Source of the DNA: Acutalibacteraceae bacterium
Lineage (GTDB): Bacteria; Bacillota; Clostridia; Christensenellales; UBA1242
Assembly: GCA_963602035.1 (NCBI GenBank)
Contig: CAVCHC010000002.1
Span: 8,649-72,648 of the forward strand
DNA length: 64,000 nt
Reading direction: 5' to 3'
Shown here: positions 8,537 through 17,646 of the stretch, one piece after another
Layout: every line of letters starts with the position of its first letter
Numbering within the stretch: the stretch's first letter is position 1
Translations under genes and position numbers: made by a program
The notes under the pieces: model-generated
Seen by the model: the letters and a program-made list of their open reading frames with translations, nothing else
Told to the model about the DNA's origin: nothing
Database searches by the model: none

Positions 8537-10513
8537 CTATTCTTCTGTTACAAGCGTGGTAATATCGCCCTTTATGTATTGCTGCAACTTGCTAAGAATT
8601 GTGTCAAAGTCAGGCGATTCGCCATCCTCGCCTTTTGCAATTTCTGCAAGCGATTCAACAATGGCCGAGTTAAGCGTGCCATCCGTAGACTCTGCGTGCG
8701 CTTTAATAAGCCTGTAATCGTTCATATCGATAAGGCCGTCAAAGTTAACGTCGCCAACAATATAGTACGCGCCGTTATTAAACGCGATTAAGTCAGCCTC
8801 GTCAACAACGTCGTTACCATTATCATCAGTGTCTTTGGTAATATTTGCAAGTTTCAAAATTACAGCATCTTGCAAGTATTGCGTTTTATTAACCACGATG
8901 TCGCGAATAATGTTAAAGTCCGTTTCATCGATAGTGCCATCAAGGTTCATATCGCCAATAAATGAGTCAGGAATTTGAGCCGCAACATCGCTTTCAAGTG
9001 GAAGCGTTGTGATAAATTCTACAATATACTTCCTCATAAGTAAAAGATCGCGAACGCCAACCTTGCCATCAAGGTCAAGGTCAAGTGCATATCTTTCAAC
9101 AAAACTCATTTCGCTAACGCCTTGAAGAATTCTCCTCATTATTATCAAATCAGGTGCGCCAATCTTTCCATCTTTGTTCGCGTCGCCGATAGTTACGCCT
9201 TTTAAGATGCTGTAATCAGTGCGGTCATAGCCCGCGTGCCCGTTAGCGATATGGATAAGGATATACAAGTCATTCATATCAACAACGCCGTCGCCGTTAA
9301 TATCCGCGTTGAGTTTTGCTTGGTCAGATAGGCCACTGCCGTCATCCGCGTATGTAGCAAGAGACTGCGTGCTTGAAACATTGATAGTTGACATCTGCGC
9401 CAAAATTGGCCTTAAAAAGTCAACATCGTCAGTGTTTACCTTGCCATCAAGGTTAACGTCGCCCGTAAGCGTAGACTGGGTTGCTTCCCCGCTTGTGTTT
9501 TTGCTGAGATACCCAACAATGCTCCACGTGCCATTTTCTTTATAATAAAGCGTGTTAGTTGAAAGGCTAAGATAGAAATCGCCATCGTTACCGTCGTCAG
9601 CCGTAGGAGCCACCGACCCCGTCAACCAACTCTTACCATCTTTACCGTCTTGGCCGTCTTGGCCTTTACCGTCAGCGCCTTTTAAGCTTTCAAGCCACTC
9701 TTTTTCAGTGCCCTCAAAACCGTTTTCCTTAGCAATTTCGTAAGCAGATTTACCATCTTGCCCTTTTAAGTTGCCTTTTTTAGTCCATACGCCATCAGCT
9801 TTAATATAGTAGTCATAGCTGTCGGTGTCAAAATAAAGGTCGCCGTCTATACCGATAGAATTATCAGGCGTACCGTTCCCAGTATGCCAGCCATTACCAG
9901 CTTCGCCTTGTGGACCTTGTGGGCCTTGTGGACCGGTAGCACCAGTATCACCTTTTTCACCCTGTGGGCCTTGTGGACCGGTAGCACCAGTATCGCCTTT
10001 TTCGCCCTGTGGACCTTGTGGACCGGTAGCGCCAGTATCGCCTTTTTCACCCTGTGGACCTTGTGGACCGGTAGCACCAGTACCGTCGTCGCCTTTTTCG
10101 CCTTTTATGTTGGCTTCTTTAACCCAAGCGTTGCTGCTGTTTTTAACATACACATCGCCAGTGTTAAGGTCAAGATAAAGGTCACCTACTTTACCATTGG
10201 CATTTGATGGCACGCCCTTGCCAGTAAGCCAACCGTTACCAGTTTCGCCCTTGGCGCCGTCATCACCTTTGTCACCTTTCGCGCCTTTAAGGCCGTCAAC
10301 ATTGCCAACCTTTTCCCAAGTATTATCACCTTTCTTTACGAAAAGTTCATAGGTCTCGTTATTGATATAATAGTCGCCCGCAACGCCGACTGAGGCCGTT
10401 GGGTTGCCCGCATTGACGTAAAGTTTGTATTCACTTGTGCTGCACGCCGCTGAAAAAACAACAACAAAACAAACGCACAAACAGAATACCAAACATTTGA
10501 TAAACTTTTTCAT
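8537..10513 (-). CDS. Lipoprotein with collagen-like G-X-Y repeats and about seven dockerin-type Ca-binding repeats
   Basis: It has a lipobox (FSAAC-S), four copies of [15 protein letters not shown] plus shorter G-X-Y runs, and interspersed GDxY..W modules. The C-terminal half carries [63 protein letters not shown] and [13 protein letters not shown]. Confidence 0.8.
   Translation of the reverse strand: MKKFIKCLVFCLCVCFVVVFSAACSTSEYKLYVNAGNPTASVGVAGDYYINNETYELFVKKGDNTWEKVGNVDGLKGAKGDKGDDGAKGETGNGWLTGKGVPSNANGKVGDLYLDLNTGDVYVKNSSNAWVKEANIKGEKGDDGTGATGPQGPQGEKGDTGATGPQGPQGEKGDTGATGPQGPQGEKGDTGATGPQGPQGPQGEAGNGWHTGNGTPDNSIGIDGDLYFDTDSYDYYIKADGVWTKKGNLKGQDGKSAYEIAKENGFEGTEKEWLESLKGADGKGQDGQDGKDGKSWLTGSVAPTADDGNDGDFYLSLSTNTLYYKENGTWSIVGYLSKNTSGEATQSTLTGDVNLDGKVNTDDVDFLRPILAQMSTINVSSTQSLATYADDGSGLSDQAKLNADINGDGVVDMNDLYILIHIANGHAGYDRTDYSILKGVTIGDANKDGKIGAPDLIIMRRILQGVSEMSFVERYALDLDLDGKVGVRDLLLMRKYIVEFITTLPLESDVAAQIPDSFIGDMNLDGTIDETDFNIIRDIVVNKTQYLQDAVILKLANITKDTDDNGNDVVDEADLIAFNNGAYYIVGDVNFDGLIDMNDYRLIKAHAESTDGTLNSAIVESLAEIAKGEDGESPDFDTILSKLQQYIKGDITTLVTEE
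9906..10085 (-). repeat. 45-bp coding tandem repeat x4 (collagen-like [15 protein letters not shown])
   Basis: Near-identical 45-bp units lie inside CDS 8537..10513. Confidence 0.9.
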
Positions 10514-10552
10514 TGATTCCTCCTTAGAATATTTTTTGTGTTTAACAATTCA

Positions 10553-10581
10553 ATTATACAATGCGCCAAATTTTAAGTCAA
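10553..10581 (-). promoter_or_regulatory. SigA-type promoter of the collagen/dockerin gene
   Basis: On the minus strand, TTGACT-17 nt-TATAAT lies about 40 nt upstream of the ATG and its AGGAGG RBS. Confidence 0.55.
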
Positions 10582-10589
10582 ACAAAACC

Positions 10590-10800
10590 GTAGCAAATCT
10601 AACTTTTAAAACATACTATCGCCCGCCCCCCTTTTGATTTACCCATTACACCGCCCGCCTCCCTTTTTTCTACCTTTTTAACACCGCCGCCATTTTTATC
10701 TTGCTCATTACGCCGCCCGCCACCTCCACCATTCCGCCCGCCGATACTAACCTTTAACGCCGCGTATTTTCCACGCCGCAAGCCTTTTTACCCACGCCGC
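10590..10800. repeat. Periodic CCGCCCGCC-block / T-rich-block tract (~30-35 bp period), G-poor on the plus strand
   Basis: At least seven blocks of the form ACNCCGCC(C)GCC alternate with T-rich spacers. Confidence 0.6.
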
Positions 10801-10810
10801 TCTCGCGCAA

Positions 10811-10850
10811 ACAAAAAAGCATACCCGCCGCAATTGCATTAAGTATGCCT
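10811..10850 (-). terminator. valS terminator
   Basis: On the minus strand, AGGCAUAC-loop-GUAUGCU is followed by UUUUUG. Confidence 0.55.
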
Positions 10851-10913
10851 AATTTAATTATTTGTTCTTAATCGTCGCCATTGCAACACTTGCAACTATT
10901 CGCCGACTTGTAA

Positions 10914-13334
10914 TTAGTCAGGGATAATCTCGCCGAACTTAATATCAAGGTTGCCCTTTTTAAAGTTAAACCCGCCGATACTGTTAACGGCTTTAAGGTC
11001 ATAAAGAACGGCTTGCATAAACTCTGGGTAATTGGTGGTCACCTCGGCGTCCGCTATCTGCGTTTTAAGGCTGATTTGGTTTTCGCTTTTGAACGCACGC
11101 ACGCGGCTTACGATTTCAACCATCTCGTCGCCAGCATTTAAAACGCTGTCTTCGCCGTCAAGCGCGATTTTTGAAAGGACAGAATTATTGATGCTTTCAT
11201 ACCCCTTAAACTGCCTGAAATAGTCTTGATAAATTTCTTCGGTTATGTGTGGCATAGTGATTGAAAGAACTTGAAGCAGGCCAAACAAAACGTTAAAGCA
11301 AGCCCACTGCGCGCTGCGTTTCGCGTCCTCGCCATAAACCTCGGGCTTATACAGCCTGTTTTTGGCGATTTCGATATAGTTGTCACAAAAGTTCCAGAAA
11401 AACTTCTCGATTTCGGCCTTAGCATAGCCCATCTCATAGTTTTCGTACTGCGCCATAGTTTTGTCAAACGCGTCGTTAAACTTTTGCATTATATACAAGT
11501 CCATCGGTAAAATCGTTTTTGGCTTTTCAGGCGTCCAGTCGTAAAGGAACGACAAAACAAACTTGCTTGCGTTCCAGATTTTGTTTTGAAGTTTTGCGCC
11601 GTCTTTAATGCCATCGTCGCTGAAAAATACGTCGCGGCCATAGGCGCCGTTCGCGCTCCAATACCTAACAACGTCCGCGCCAAACGAGTTTAAAACCTCT
11701 TTAAGCCCCATCTTGCTGTTGGCAAGGTGCTTGCTTATTTTGATGCCCTTATCCGCCATAACCCAGCCGTTAACCATCAGGTTTTTCCATGGCAAGGTGT
11801 TTTGGTGATAGTGCGCCTTGATAATCGTTCTAAGGCACCACGTGTTGATAATATCTCGTCCGCAAGGCCTTAGGCTCATCGGCATTTTTTTAGCGCACCC
11901 CTCTTCGTCTTCTGCCCAGTTGCAGTTGATTTGAGGCGTAACCGAACTTGTTGCCCACGTGTCAAGCACGTCCATCTCAGGCTCAAACTCGTCGTGGCCA
12001 CACTTAGGGCACTTGTCAATCGGCGCCTTGTGTGAAAGCGGATTGATTGGCAAGTCTTCTTCGCGCGCAAACACTGGCTCGCCGCACTTTTTGCAATACC
12101 AAACTGGGAACGGTACGCCAAAATACCTCTGCCTTGAAATAGACCAGTCTTGGTTAAGATTGGTTACCCACGCGTCAAATCGCGCCTTCATACTTGCTGG
12201 GTGCCAGTTAAGTTCGTTTCCTCTTTCAAGCCAAATTTGTTTCAGTTCTGGCGTGCTGGTTTTGATAAACCACTGCTTTTTGGCCATAAATTCAATTGGC
12301 TCGCCGCAACGCTCGTGCACCTTAACCGCGTGCGTAATCGCGTCTTGCTTGTATAGATACCCTTGGGCTTTAAGGTCTTCAATTATCGCCTTGCGCGCCT
12401 CGGTAGATTTAAGCCCCGCGTACTTGCCCGCAATCTCGGTCATACGGCCGCCGTCATCAATCGCTTGTTTTAACGGAAGGTTGTATTCGCGCCACCACTC
12501 AACGTCGGTCTGGTCGCCAAACGTACAGCACATTACCGCGCCCGTACCCTTGTCTATGCCAACCTTGCTGTCAGTTAAAACGGTAACCTCGCCCCCAAAA
12601 AGCGGAACAAGCACCTTTTTGCCAACCATCGCCGCGTACCTTGCGTCGTCTGGGTTAACAAAAATCGCGCCGCACGCTGGCAAAAACTCAGGGCGCGTTG
12701 TAGCAATAGGCAAAACGCCCGACCCATCGGCTAATTTAAAGTTAAGATAGTTAAACACGCTGTCAAGCTCGCTGTCTTCAAGTTCGGCCGTTGCAACGCT
12801 GGTGCGACACTTAGTGCACCAAGGCGACGGCTTGTCACTTCGATAGGCAATGCCGCGTTTTGCTAAGTCAATAAAACTTTTTTGGCTTGTTTTTTGGCTG
12901 CGCGCGTCGATGGTGTTAAAGCCTAACGACATATCAAAACTCATACCCGCTTTTATCATCGTTTCGCGATAGTTTTGGTTGTATTCGTCTACCAGCGAAA
13001 GCGCCATTTTGGTGAACTCTTCGCGAGGCATAGTGTGCGCACGCACGCCCTTTTTCTTTTCAACCAACAACTCGGTTGGAAGGCCGTTATTGTCAAACCC
13101 AAGCGGATAAAACACGTTTTTGCCCAGCATACGCTGGTAACGCGCGAACATATCAAACTGGTCAAAGCCCGCGATGTGGCCAATGTGAAGCTCGCCACTT
13201 ACCGTTGGAGGCGGCGTGTCTATTGAAAACGTCTCTTTTTTTGAGTTTCTATCAAACTTATAAGTGCCGTTTTCTTGCCAAAACTTTTGCCATTTCTCTT
13301 CAACGGCCTTAAAATCATACTTTTTATCTAACAT
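10914..13334 (-). CDS. valS: Class I aminoacyl-tRNA synthetase, most likely valyl-tRNA synthetase (short form)
   Basis: Motifs present are PPPTVSGELHIGH (HIGH), TTRPEFLPACGAIFVNPDDARY (ValRS-type editing domain) and a KISKH KMSKS-like motif. At 806 aa it lacks the long C-terminal coiled coil. Confidence 0.7.
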   Translation of the reverse strand: MLDKKYDFKAVEEKWQKFWQENGTYKFDRNSKKETFSIDTPPPTVSGELHIGHIAGFDQFDMFARYQRMLGKNVFYPLGFDNNGLPTELLVEKKKGVRAHTMPREEFTKMALSLVDEYNQNYRETMIKAGMSFDMSLGFNTIDARSQKTSQKSFIDLAKRGIAYRSDKPSPWCTKCRTSVATAELEDSELDSVFNYLNFKLADGSGVLPIATTRPEFLPACGAIFVNPDDARYAAMVGKKVLVPLFGGEVTVLTDSKVGIDKGTGAVMCCTFGDQTDVEWWREYNLPLKQAIDDGGRMTEIAGKYAGLKSTEARKAIIEDLKAQGYLYKQDAITHAVKVHERCGEPIEFMAKKQWFIKTSTPELKQIWLERGNELNWHPASMKARFDAWVTNLNQDWSISRQRYFGVPFPVWYCKKCGEPVFAREEDLPINPLSHKAPIDKCPKCGHDEFEPEMDVLDTWATSSVTPQINCNWAEDEEGCAKKMPMSLRPCGRDIINTWCLRTIIKAHYHQNTLPWKNLMVNGWVMADKGIKISKHLANSKMGLKEVLNSFGADVVRYWSANGAYGRDVFFSDDGIKDGAKLQNKIWNASKFVLSFLYDWTPEKPKTILPMDLYIMQKFNDAFDKTMAQYENYEMGYAKAEIEKFFWNFCDNYIEIAKNRLYKPEVYGEDAKRSAQWACFNVLFGLLQVLSITMPHITEEIYQDYFRQFKGYESINNSVLSKIALDGEDSVLNAGDEMVEIVSRVRAFKSENQISLKTQIADAEVTTNYPEFMQAVLYDLKAVNSIGGFNFKKGNLDIKFGEIIPD

Positions 13335-13343
13335 AATTTCTCC

Positions 13344-13544
13344 TTAAAATAGTGAAACAACTAAAAATATAAGCGCTGAACACAGGCAAACAACAAACCC
13401 AATCAGCCTCAGCTTCATTGTTTTGCGCGCGCGCTCTTCGGGCGTCCCCTTATGCTCAGGCACCAGCGCCTTTGAAAACACCGCCAAAACGCAACCTATT
13501 ACCAAAACAACAAGCGCAATAATTCTAAAAATAAATTTTGCCAT
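13344..13544 (-). CDS. Small two-TM membrane protein
   Basis: 66-aa ORF with two hydrophobic helices. Its stop lies 9 nt upstream of the valS start, so the two are probably co-transcribed. Confidence 0.4.
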   Translation of the reverse strand: MAKFIFRIIALVVLVIGCVLAVFSKALVPEHKGTPEERARKTMKLRLIGFVVCLCSALIFLVVSLF

Positions 13545-13627
13545 TCTTTCCCCCGACCCGCGCGTTTATTAAATCACCGCACGCCCGCCCGTAAACAGGC
13601 TTACCTCGTGCCGCCATTATCCCTTTT

Positions 13628-13656
13628 ATAATACACCACCACCCACAAAAAATCAA
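13628..13656 (-). promoter_or_regulatory. Candidate promoter for the small-membrane-protein/valS transcript
   Basis: On the minus strand, TTGATT-17 nt-TATTAT. Confidence 0.35.
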
Positions 13657-13699
13657 GAGATTTTCGCAACAAAAACGCCGTGCCCACCTTCAAAACTTA

Positions 13700-14066
13700 T
13701 TATGGTTTTTCTTTATCTTTTTCGTTTTTTATCCATTCTAACAAAACATTAACGATATAGTCACACTCAGCATCGCTTAAAATATGCGTTTTTTTCAATA
13801 TGGTGCCACTTGTTTAAGCATTCACGACAACAAGTTGCGGTGGCGTGTTGTGCAATAAAAACAGGATGCCCTTTCATTGGCGTTTGCTTGCCATCATTAA
13901 ACGTGTTGATATCTTTTAAATGCTTATTAACAAAATCATAAGCGTGCGATTTTATGGTGTCAATACCCTTAACGTTTAAATACTCAAAATCCTTGGGTTT
14001 TAAATGAAACGAACTTCTAAATTTTGAATTATTTAATTTATTTAGCATGCTTTTAATATCTTCCAT
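13700..14066 (-). pseudogene. DUF4186-family gene interrupted by a +1 frameshift in a T7/A7 homopolymer
   Basis: KGHPVFIAQHATATCCRECLNKWH is the DUF4186 core. The frame breaks at the A7 run (plus-strand T7 at 13789-13795). Removing one A restores ...HILSDAECDYIVNVLLEWIKNEKDKEKP-stop at 13700. Confidence 0.6.
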
Positions 14067-14178
14067 ACATAAATGATACCATAAATTTAAAAACACTTAA
14101 AGTTTTTAACACAACTATTTGCATCAATTTCTTTTCACTTTTCACTTTTAACTTTTCACTCTTCACTTAAAAAGGCGC

Positions 14179-14207
14179 AAAAAAATGTGAGGACATCCCC
14201 CACCCTT
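14179..14207 (-). terminator. Second, duplicated terminator hairpin
   Basis: On the minus strand, GGGUGGGGGAUGUCCUCACA is followed by UUUUUUU. It belongs to the second 139-bp repeat unit. Confidence 0.5.
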
Positions 14208-14321
14208 AAAAAGGATACCATAAATTTTAAACCACTTAGAGTTTTTTAACACAACTATTTAAATCAATTTCTTTTCACTTTTCACTTTTAACTTTTCACT
14301 CTTCACTTAAAAAGAAATAAC

Positions 14322-14348
14322 AAAAAAGGTGAGGACGTCCCCCACCTT
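14322..14348 (-). terminator. recA terminator (first of two tandem copies)
   Basis: On the minus strand, AGGUGGGG-GACGU-CCUCACCU is followed by UUUUUU. Confidence 0.7.
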
Positions 14349-14408
14349 AAAAAGGAAGAACCAATATTAGGAAATTACGCTTGTTTATTTAAATTGCATT
14401 AGGCCGCA

Positions 14409-15425
14409 TTAGCCAACAACGACGTCGTCTTCGTGGATAGAGCCCGATTTAAACTTTTCTTTAATCTTGTTTTCAATCTCGTCACAAATCTGCGGGTTAT
14501 TAGCAAGAAAGTTTTTAGCATTCTCTTTACCTTGGCCAATCTTTTCGCCGTTATACGAGAACCACGCGCCGCTTTTGATAATGATGTCATTTTCAACCGC
14601 AAGGTCAACAATGCACCCCTCTTTTGAGATGCCAAGACCATAAACAATGTCAAACTCGGCCGTCTTAAATGGAGGCGCAAGTTTGTTTTTAACAACTTTT
14701 ACCTTCGTGCGCGACCCAACGTTTTCAGTTCCGTCTTTGATGACCTCGCCCTTTCTTACGTCAAGGCGAATGCTTGAATAGAATTTAAGCGCCTTTCCGC
14801 CCGGCGTTGTTTCAGGGTTGCCAAACATAACGCCAACCTTCTCGCGAAGCTGGTTAATAAACACAACGCACGTGTTCGTTTTGCTGGTAATACCCGCAAG
14901 TTTTCTAAGCGCTTGGCTCATCAAACGGGCTTGAAGACCAACGTGACTGTCGCCCATTTCGCCGTCAATTTCAGCCTTAGGCGTAAGCGCCGCAACTGAG
15001 TCAATAACCACGATGTCAACCGACCCACTTCTTACAAGTGACTCACAAATTTCAAGGCCTTGCTCGCCCGTGTCAGGCTGAGAAACATACAAATTGGTTG
15101 TGTCTACCCCAAGGCGCGCGGCATAAACGGGGTCAAGCGCGTGCTCAGCGTCAATAAAGGCCGCCGTCCCGCCCAAACGTTGCGCCTCGGCAATGATGTG
15201 AAGCGACACGGTAGTTTTACCGCTTGATTCAGGCCCATAGATTTCAATGATACGCCCGCGAGGCACACCACCAATCCCAAGCGCCAAATCAAGGGTCAAG
15301 CACCCCGTTGGGATAACGTCAATCTCTTGATGAGAAACGTCGCCAAGTTTCATAATGCTGCCCTTACCAAACTGCTTTTCAATCTGCGCAATGGCCTGTT
15401 CAAGGGCTTTTTCTTTTTCTGACAT
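14409..15425 (-). CDS. recA: Recombinase RecA
   Basis: Motifs present are [25 protein letters not shown], Walker [10 protein letters not shown] and the full RecA core. The start is at the ATG after AAAGAGG. Confidence 0.95.
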   Translation of the reverse strand: MSEKEKALEQAIAQIEKQFGKGSIMKLGDVSHQEIDVIPTGCLTLDLALGIGGVPRGRIIEIYGPESSGKTTVSLHIIAEAQRLGGTAAFIDAEHALDPVYAARLGVDTTNLYVSQPDTGEQGLEICESLVRSGSVDIVVIDSVAALTPKAEIDGEMGDSHVGLQARLMSQALRKLAGITSKTNTCVVFINQLREKVGVMFGNPETTPGGKALKFYSSIRLDVRKGEVIKDGTENVGSRTKVKVVKNKLAPPFKTAEFDIVYGLGISKEGCIVDLAVENDIIIKSGAWFSYNGEKIGQGKENAKNFLANNPQICDEIENKIKEKFKSGSIHEDDVVVG

Positions 15426-15470
15426 AAAATCAACCTCTTTCGTTAAATTTTTCCCACTTATTACACGTTC

Positions 15471-15499
15471 ATTATACACTACGCGCACAAAAAACGCAA
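15471..15499 (-). promoter_or_regulatory. Candidate recA promoter
   Basis: On the minus strand, TTGCGT-17 nt-TATAAT, with TG two nt upstream of the -10. Confidence 0.45.
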
Positions 15500-15506
15500 G
15501 CAAATT

Positions 15507-15520
15507 CGAACATTTGTTTG
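15507..15520. promoter_or_regulatory. LexA/DinR (Cheo-type) box candidate upstream of recA
   Basis: CGAACATTTGTTTG resembles the consensus CGAAC-N4-GTTCG. It lies immediately upstream of the -35 element. Confidence 0.5.
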
Positions 15521-15549
15521 AAAAATTTTGCTATATTTTTGACTACCCC

Positions 15550-15690
15550 ATTTTGCTTTACACGCAACTTACGCTTAAATATCCGCCTTGTTTTATCGCA
15601 ACTTACGTTTGACTTTCCGCCTTGTTTTATCGCAACTTACGTATAACTATCGCATTGTTGTAACGCACGTCAAGTTTTTGTTATCCGCGT
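15550..15690. repeat. ~34-bp tandem repeat x4 between pgsA and the recA promoter
   Basis: TCCGCCTTGTTTTATCGCAACTTACGT occurs twice nearly identically (15583-15616 and 15617-15650), flanked by diverged copies. Confidence 0.7.
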
Positions 15691-15694
15691 ATAA

Positions 15695-16285
15695 TTATTG
15701 ATTATCCGTAAGGCTTTGTTTGATAAGAGCGCGCGCGTTCCACGTATAGTTTATGCATGAAATAAGCGTAAGCGCTGCCCCGCCGATTATGCCAACAAGG
15801 CCGATAATTCTAATAAACTCTACCTTGCCCGCAAGAACCGTGTTAAGGCCAAGATACAAAAACATAACCATAAGCGCGCAATCTAACACAAACGACTTGA
15901 TTTTGCCAAAAATGTCAGCCGCGATAACCGTGCCGTATTTGGCCGCAAGCATACGTATGCCCGAAATTAAGATGTCTCTTAAAACCACGATAAGGATGAT
16001 AACAACGCTAAGCCAGCCCGCGCACACCCCGCGTGAAAGCGCCAAAATAAGCGCGCTGGTTGTTAAAAATTTGTCTGCAATTTGGTCAGCAAAACGGCCA
16101 AAATCAGTAACAATGTTATATTTTCGCGCGATTTTTCCGTCAAACAGATCAGTAAGGCACGCGCAAATATAGATTAAAAGCGCCGCAAAAACGTTAATGC
16201 CATACGGAATAGGAAGCAAAAACACAAGTATCATAAGCGGCGTGCAAAAAATTCTTGAAAGCGTTAATTTGTTAGGTAAATTCAT
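15695..16285 (-). CDS. pgsA: CDP-diacylglycerol--glycerol-3-phosphate 3-phosphatidyltransferase
   Basis: It has the CDP-alcohol phosphatidyltransferase motif DLFDGKIARKYNIVTDFGRFADQIADK and is a multi-TM protein. The pgsA-recA neighbourhood is conserved. Confidence 0.85.
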   Translation of the reverse strand: MNLPNKLTLSRIFCTPLMILVFLLPIPYGINVFAALLIYICACLTDLFDGKIARKYNIVTDFGRFADQIADKFLTTSALILALSRGVCAGWLSVVIILIVVLRDILISGIRMLAAKYGTVIAADIFGKIKSFVLDCALMVMFLYLGLNTVLAGKVEFIRIIGLVGIIGGAALTLISCINYTWNARALIKQSLTDNQ

Positions 16286-17646
16286 AGTTTTTCTCCTTTA
16301 AGGTCACAGCCCATCACGCGGGTAATTTTAACGGGATACACCCCGCCAACGTCAACAAAATCTTTCGATTTAAAATAGATTAGGTTGTCAATCTCAGGCG
16401 CTTGGTACTGGCTGCGGCCAACAAACAACTCGCGGTCATAGTCAATGTCTTCATAAACCACGTCCACGGTTTTGCCAACCACCGCGCGAAGATTAGCCTT
16501 TTGCACCTTTTCAGCCTCTTTCATAATGGCAAGAAGGCGCTTGTTTTTGGTCTTTTCGTCAACCTGGTTTGGCATTTTTGCCGCCACCGTGCCCTCTTCT
16601 TTTGAATACGCAAAAAAGCCAACTTGGTCAAGTTTGTATTTTTTAACAAAGTCAACAAGTTCAGCAAAATCTTTGTCCGTCTCGCCCGGAAAGCCCACCA
16701 TAAACGTCGTGCGGATGGCAATGTGTACAGGCAGCGCGCGGATTTTTTCAACCAGCGCAATGGTCTTTTCGTGATTTATGTGCCTGTTCATCATCTTTAA
16801 AATGTTGTCGCTTACATGCTGGAACGGAATGTCAAGATACTTGCACACCTTATCGTTTGTTACAACCTCATTCAAAAGTTCATCAGTAACCAGTTCTGGA
16901 TAGCAATAAAGCAGCCTTATCCACCTAAGGTCCTTAATTTTTGACAGTTTTTTGATTAGGTCAACAAGCGCAGGCTTACCAAACAAGTCCGTGCCATATT
17001 TTGTTACGTCTTGCGCAACCAAAATAAGTTCGGTCGCCCCGCCGTTTACAAGCGATTGGGCCTCGCGAACCACCTCGTCAATCGGCTTAGACCTAAACCG
17101 TCCGCGAATGAACGGAATGGTGCAAAACGTGCAATAGTTTTCGCAGCCATCCGCGATTTTAAGATAGGCATAATGGTTAGGCGTTGTTATCATTCGGTTT
17201 TCAACGCAGGCTATCGTGCTCGCGTCGCCACAGCGCACAATCTGGCCGTCTTTGGCGTAAAGGTCGCCTACAATCTGCGCAATGTTTGGATAGTCATCAA
17301 ACCCCAAAAAGCAATCAACCGACGGGAACTCCTTTTTAAGCTCGGGCAGATATTTTTGAGGCATACAGCCCGTAACGATTATCTTTTCGCACTTGCCCTT
17401 CTTTTTGTATTCAAGCATCTCGTCAATCGTGTCAACCGCCTCTTTTCGCGCCTTAGCGATAAACGCGCACGTGTTGATGATAATAACGTTGGCCTCATTC
17501 GGGTCAGACGTAAACCCAAACCCCGCTTGACTTAGATACGTTAGCATCGTTTCGGTGTCTACCCTGTTTTTATCGCACCCTAGTGACACTACGCCGATAA
17601 GTTTTTTCGTTATTTGTTTTGTTAATTTGCTATTATTTTCTTTCAT
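16282..17646 (-). CDS. rimO: Ribosomal protein S12 methylthiotransferase RimO (radical SAM MTTase)
   Basis: It has the N-terminal UPF0004 domain (VSLGCDKNRVDTE..NTCAFI), the radical-SAM CxxxCxxC (CENYCTFC) and a C-terminal TRAM domain. Confidence 0.8.
   Translation of the reverse strand: MKENNSKLTKQITKKLIGVVSLGCDKNRVDTETMLTYLSQAGFGFTSDPNEANVIIINTCAFIAKARKEAVDTIDEMLEYKKKGKCEKIIVTGCMPQKYLPELKKEFPSVDCFLGFDDYPNIAQIVGDLYAKDGQIVRCGDASTIACVENRMITTPNHYAYLKIADGCENYCTFCTIPFIRGRFRSKPIDEVVREAQSLVNGGATELILVAQDVTKYGTDLFGKPALVDLIKKLSKIKDLRWIRLLYCYPELVTDELLNEVVTNDKVCKYLDIPFQHVSDNILKMMNRHINHEKTIALVEKIRALPVHIAIRTTFMVGFPGETDKDFAELVDFVKKYKLDQVGFFAYSKEEGTVAAKMPNQVDEKTKNKRLLAIMKEAEKVQKANLRAVVGKTVDVVYEDIDYDRELFVGRSQYQAPEIDNLIYFKSKDFVDVGGVYPVKITRVMGCDLKGEKL

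Larger units (their letters stand above)
14076..14355 (-). repeat. 139-bp tandem duplication (2 units), each unit = terminator hairpin + GTGAAAA heptad array + ~45 nt
   Basis: Units 14076-14214 and 14215-14355 differ at only a few positions outside a short AT-rich patch. The heptad arrays lie at 14128-14168 and 14268-14308. Confidence 0.85.

Noticed and set aside
9847-10207. ORFs in other frames across the collagen repeat (76 aa and 107 aa)
   Set aside because: They are artefacts of the 45-bp G-X-Y coding repeat. The collagen frame is continuous with the lipobox and the dockerin domains.
10599-10781. 60-aa Gly-rich ORF (…GGRNGGGGGRRNEQDKNGGG…)
   Set aside because: It is the minus-strand reading of the periodic CCGCCCGCC tract. 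It has no RBS and its composition alone keeps the frame open.
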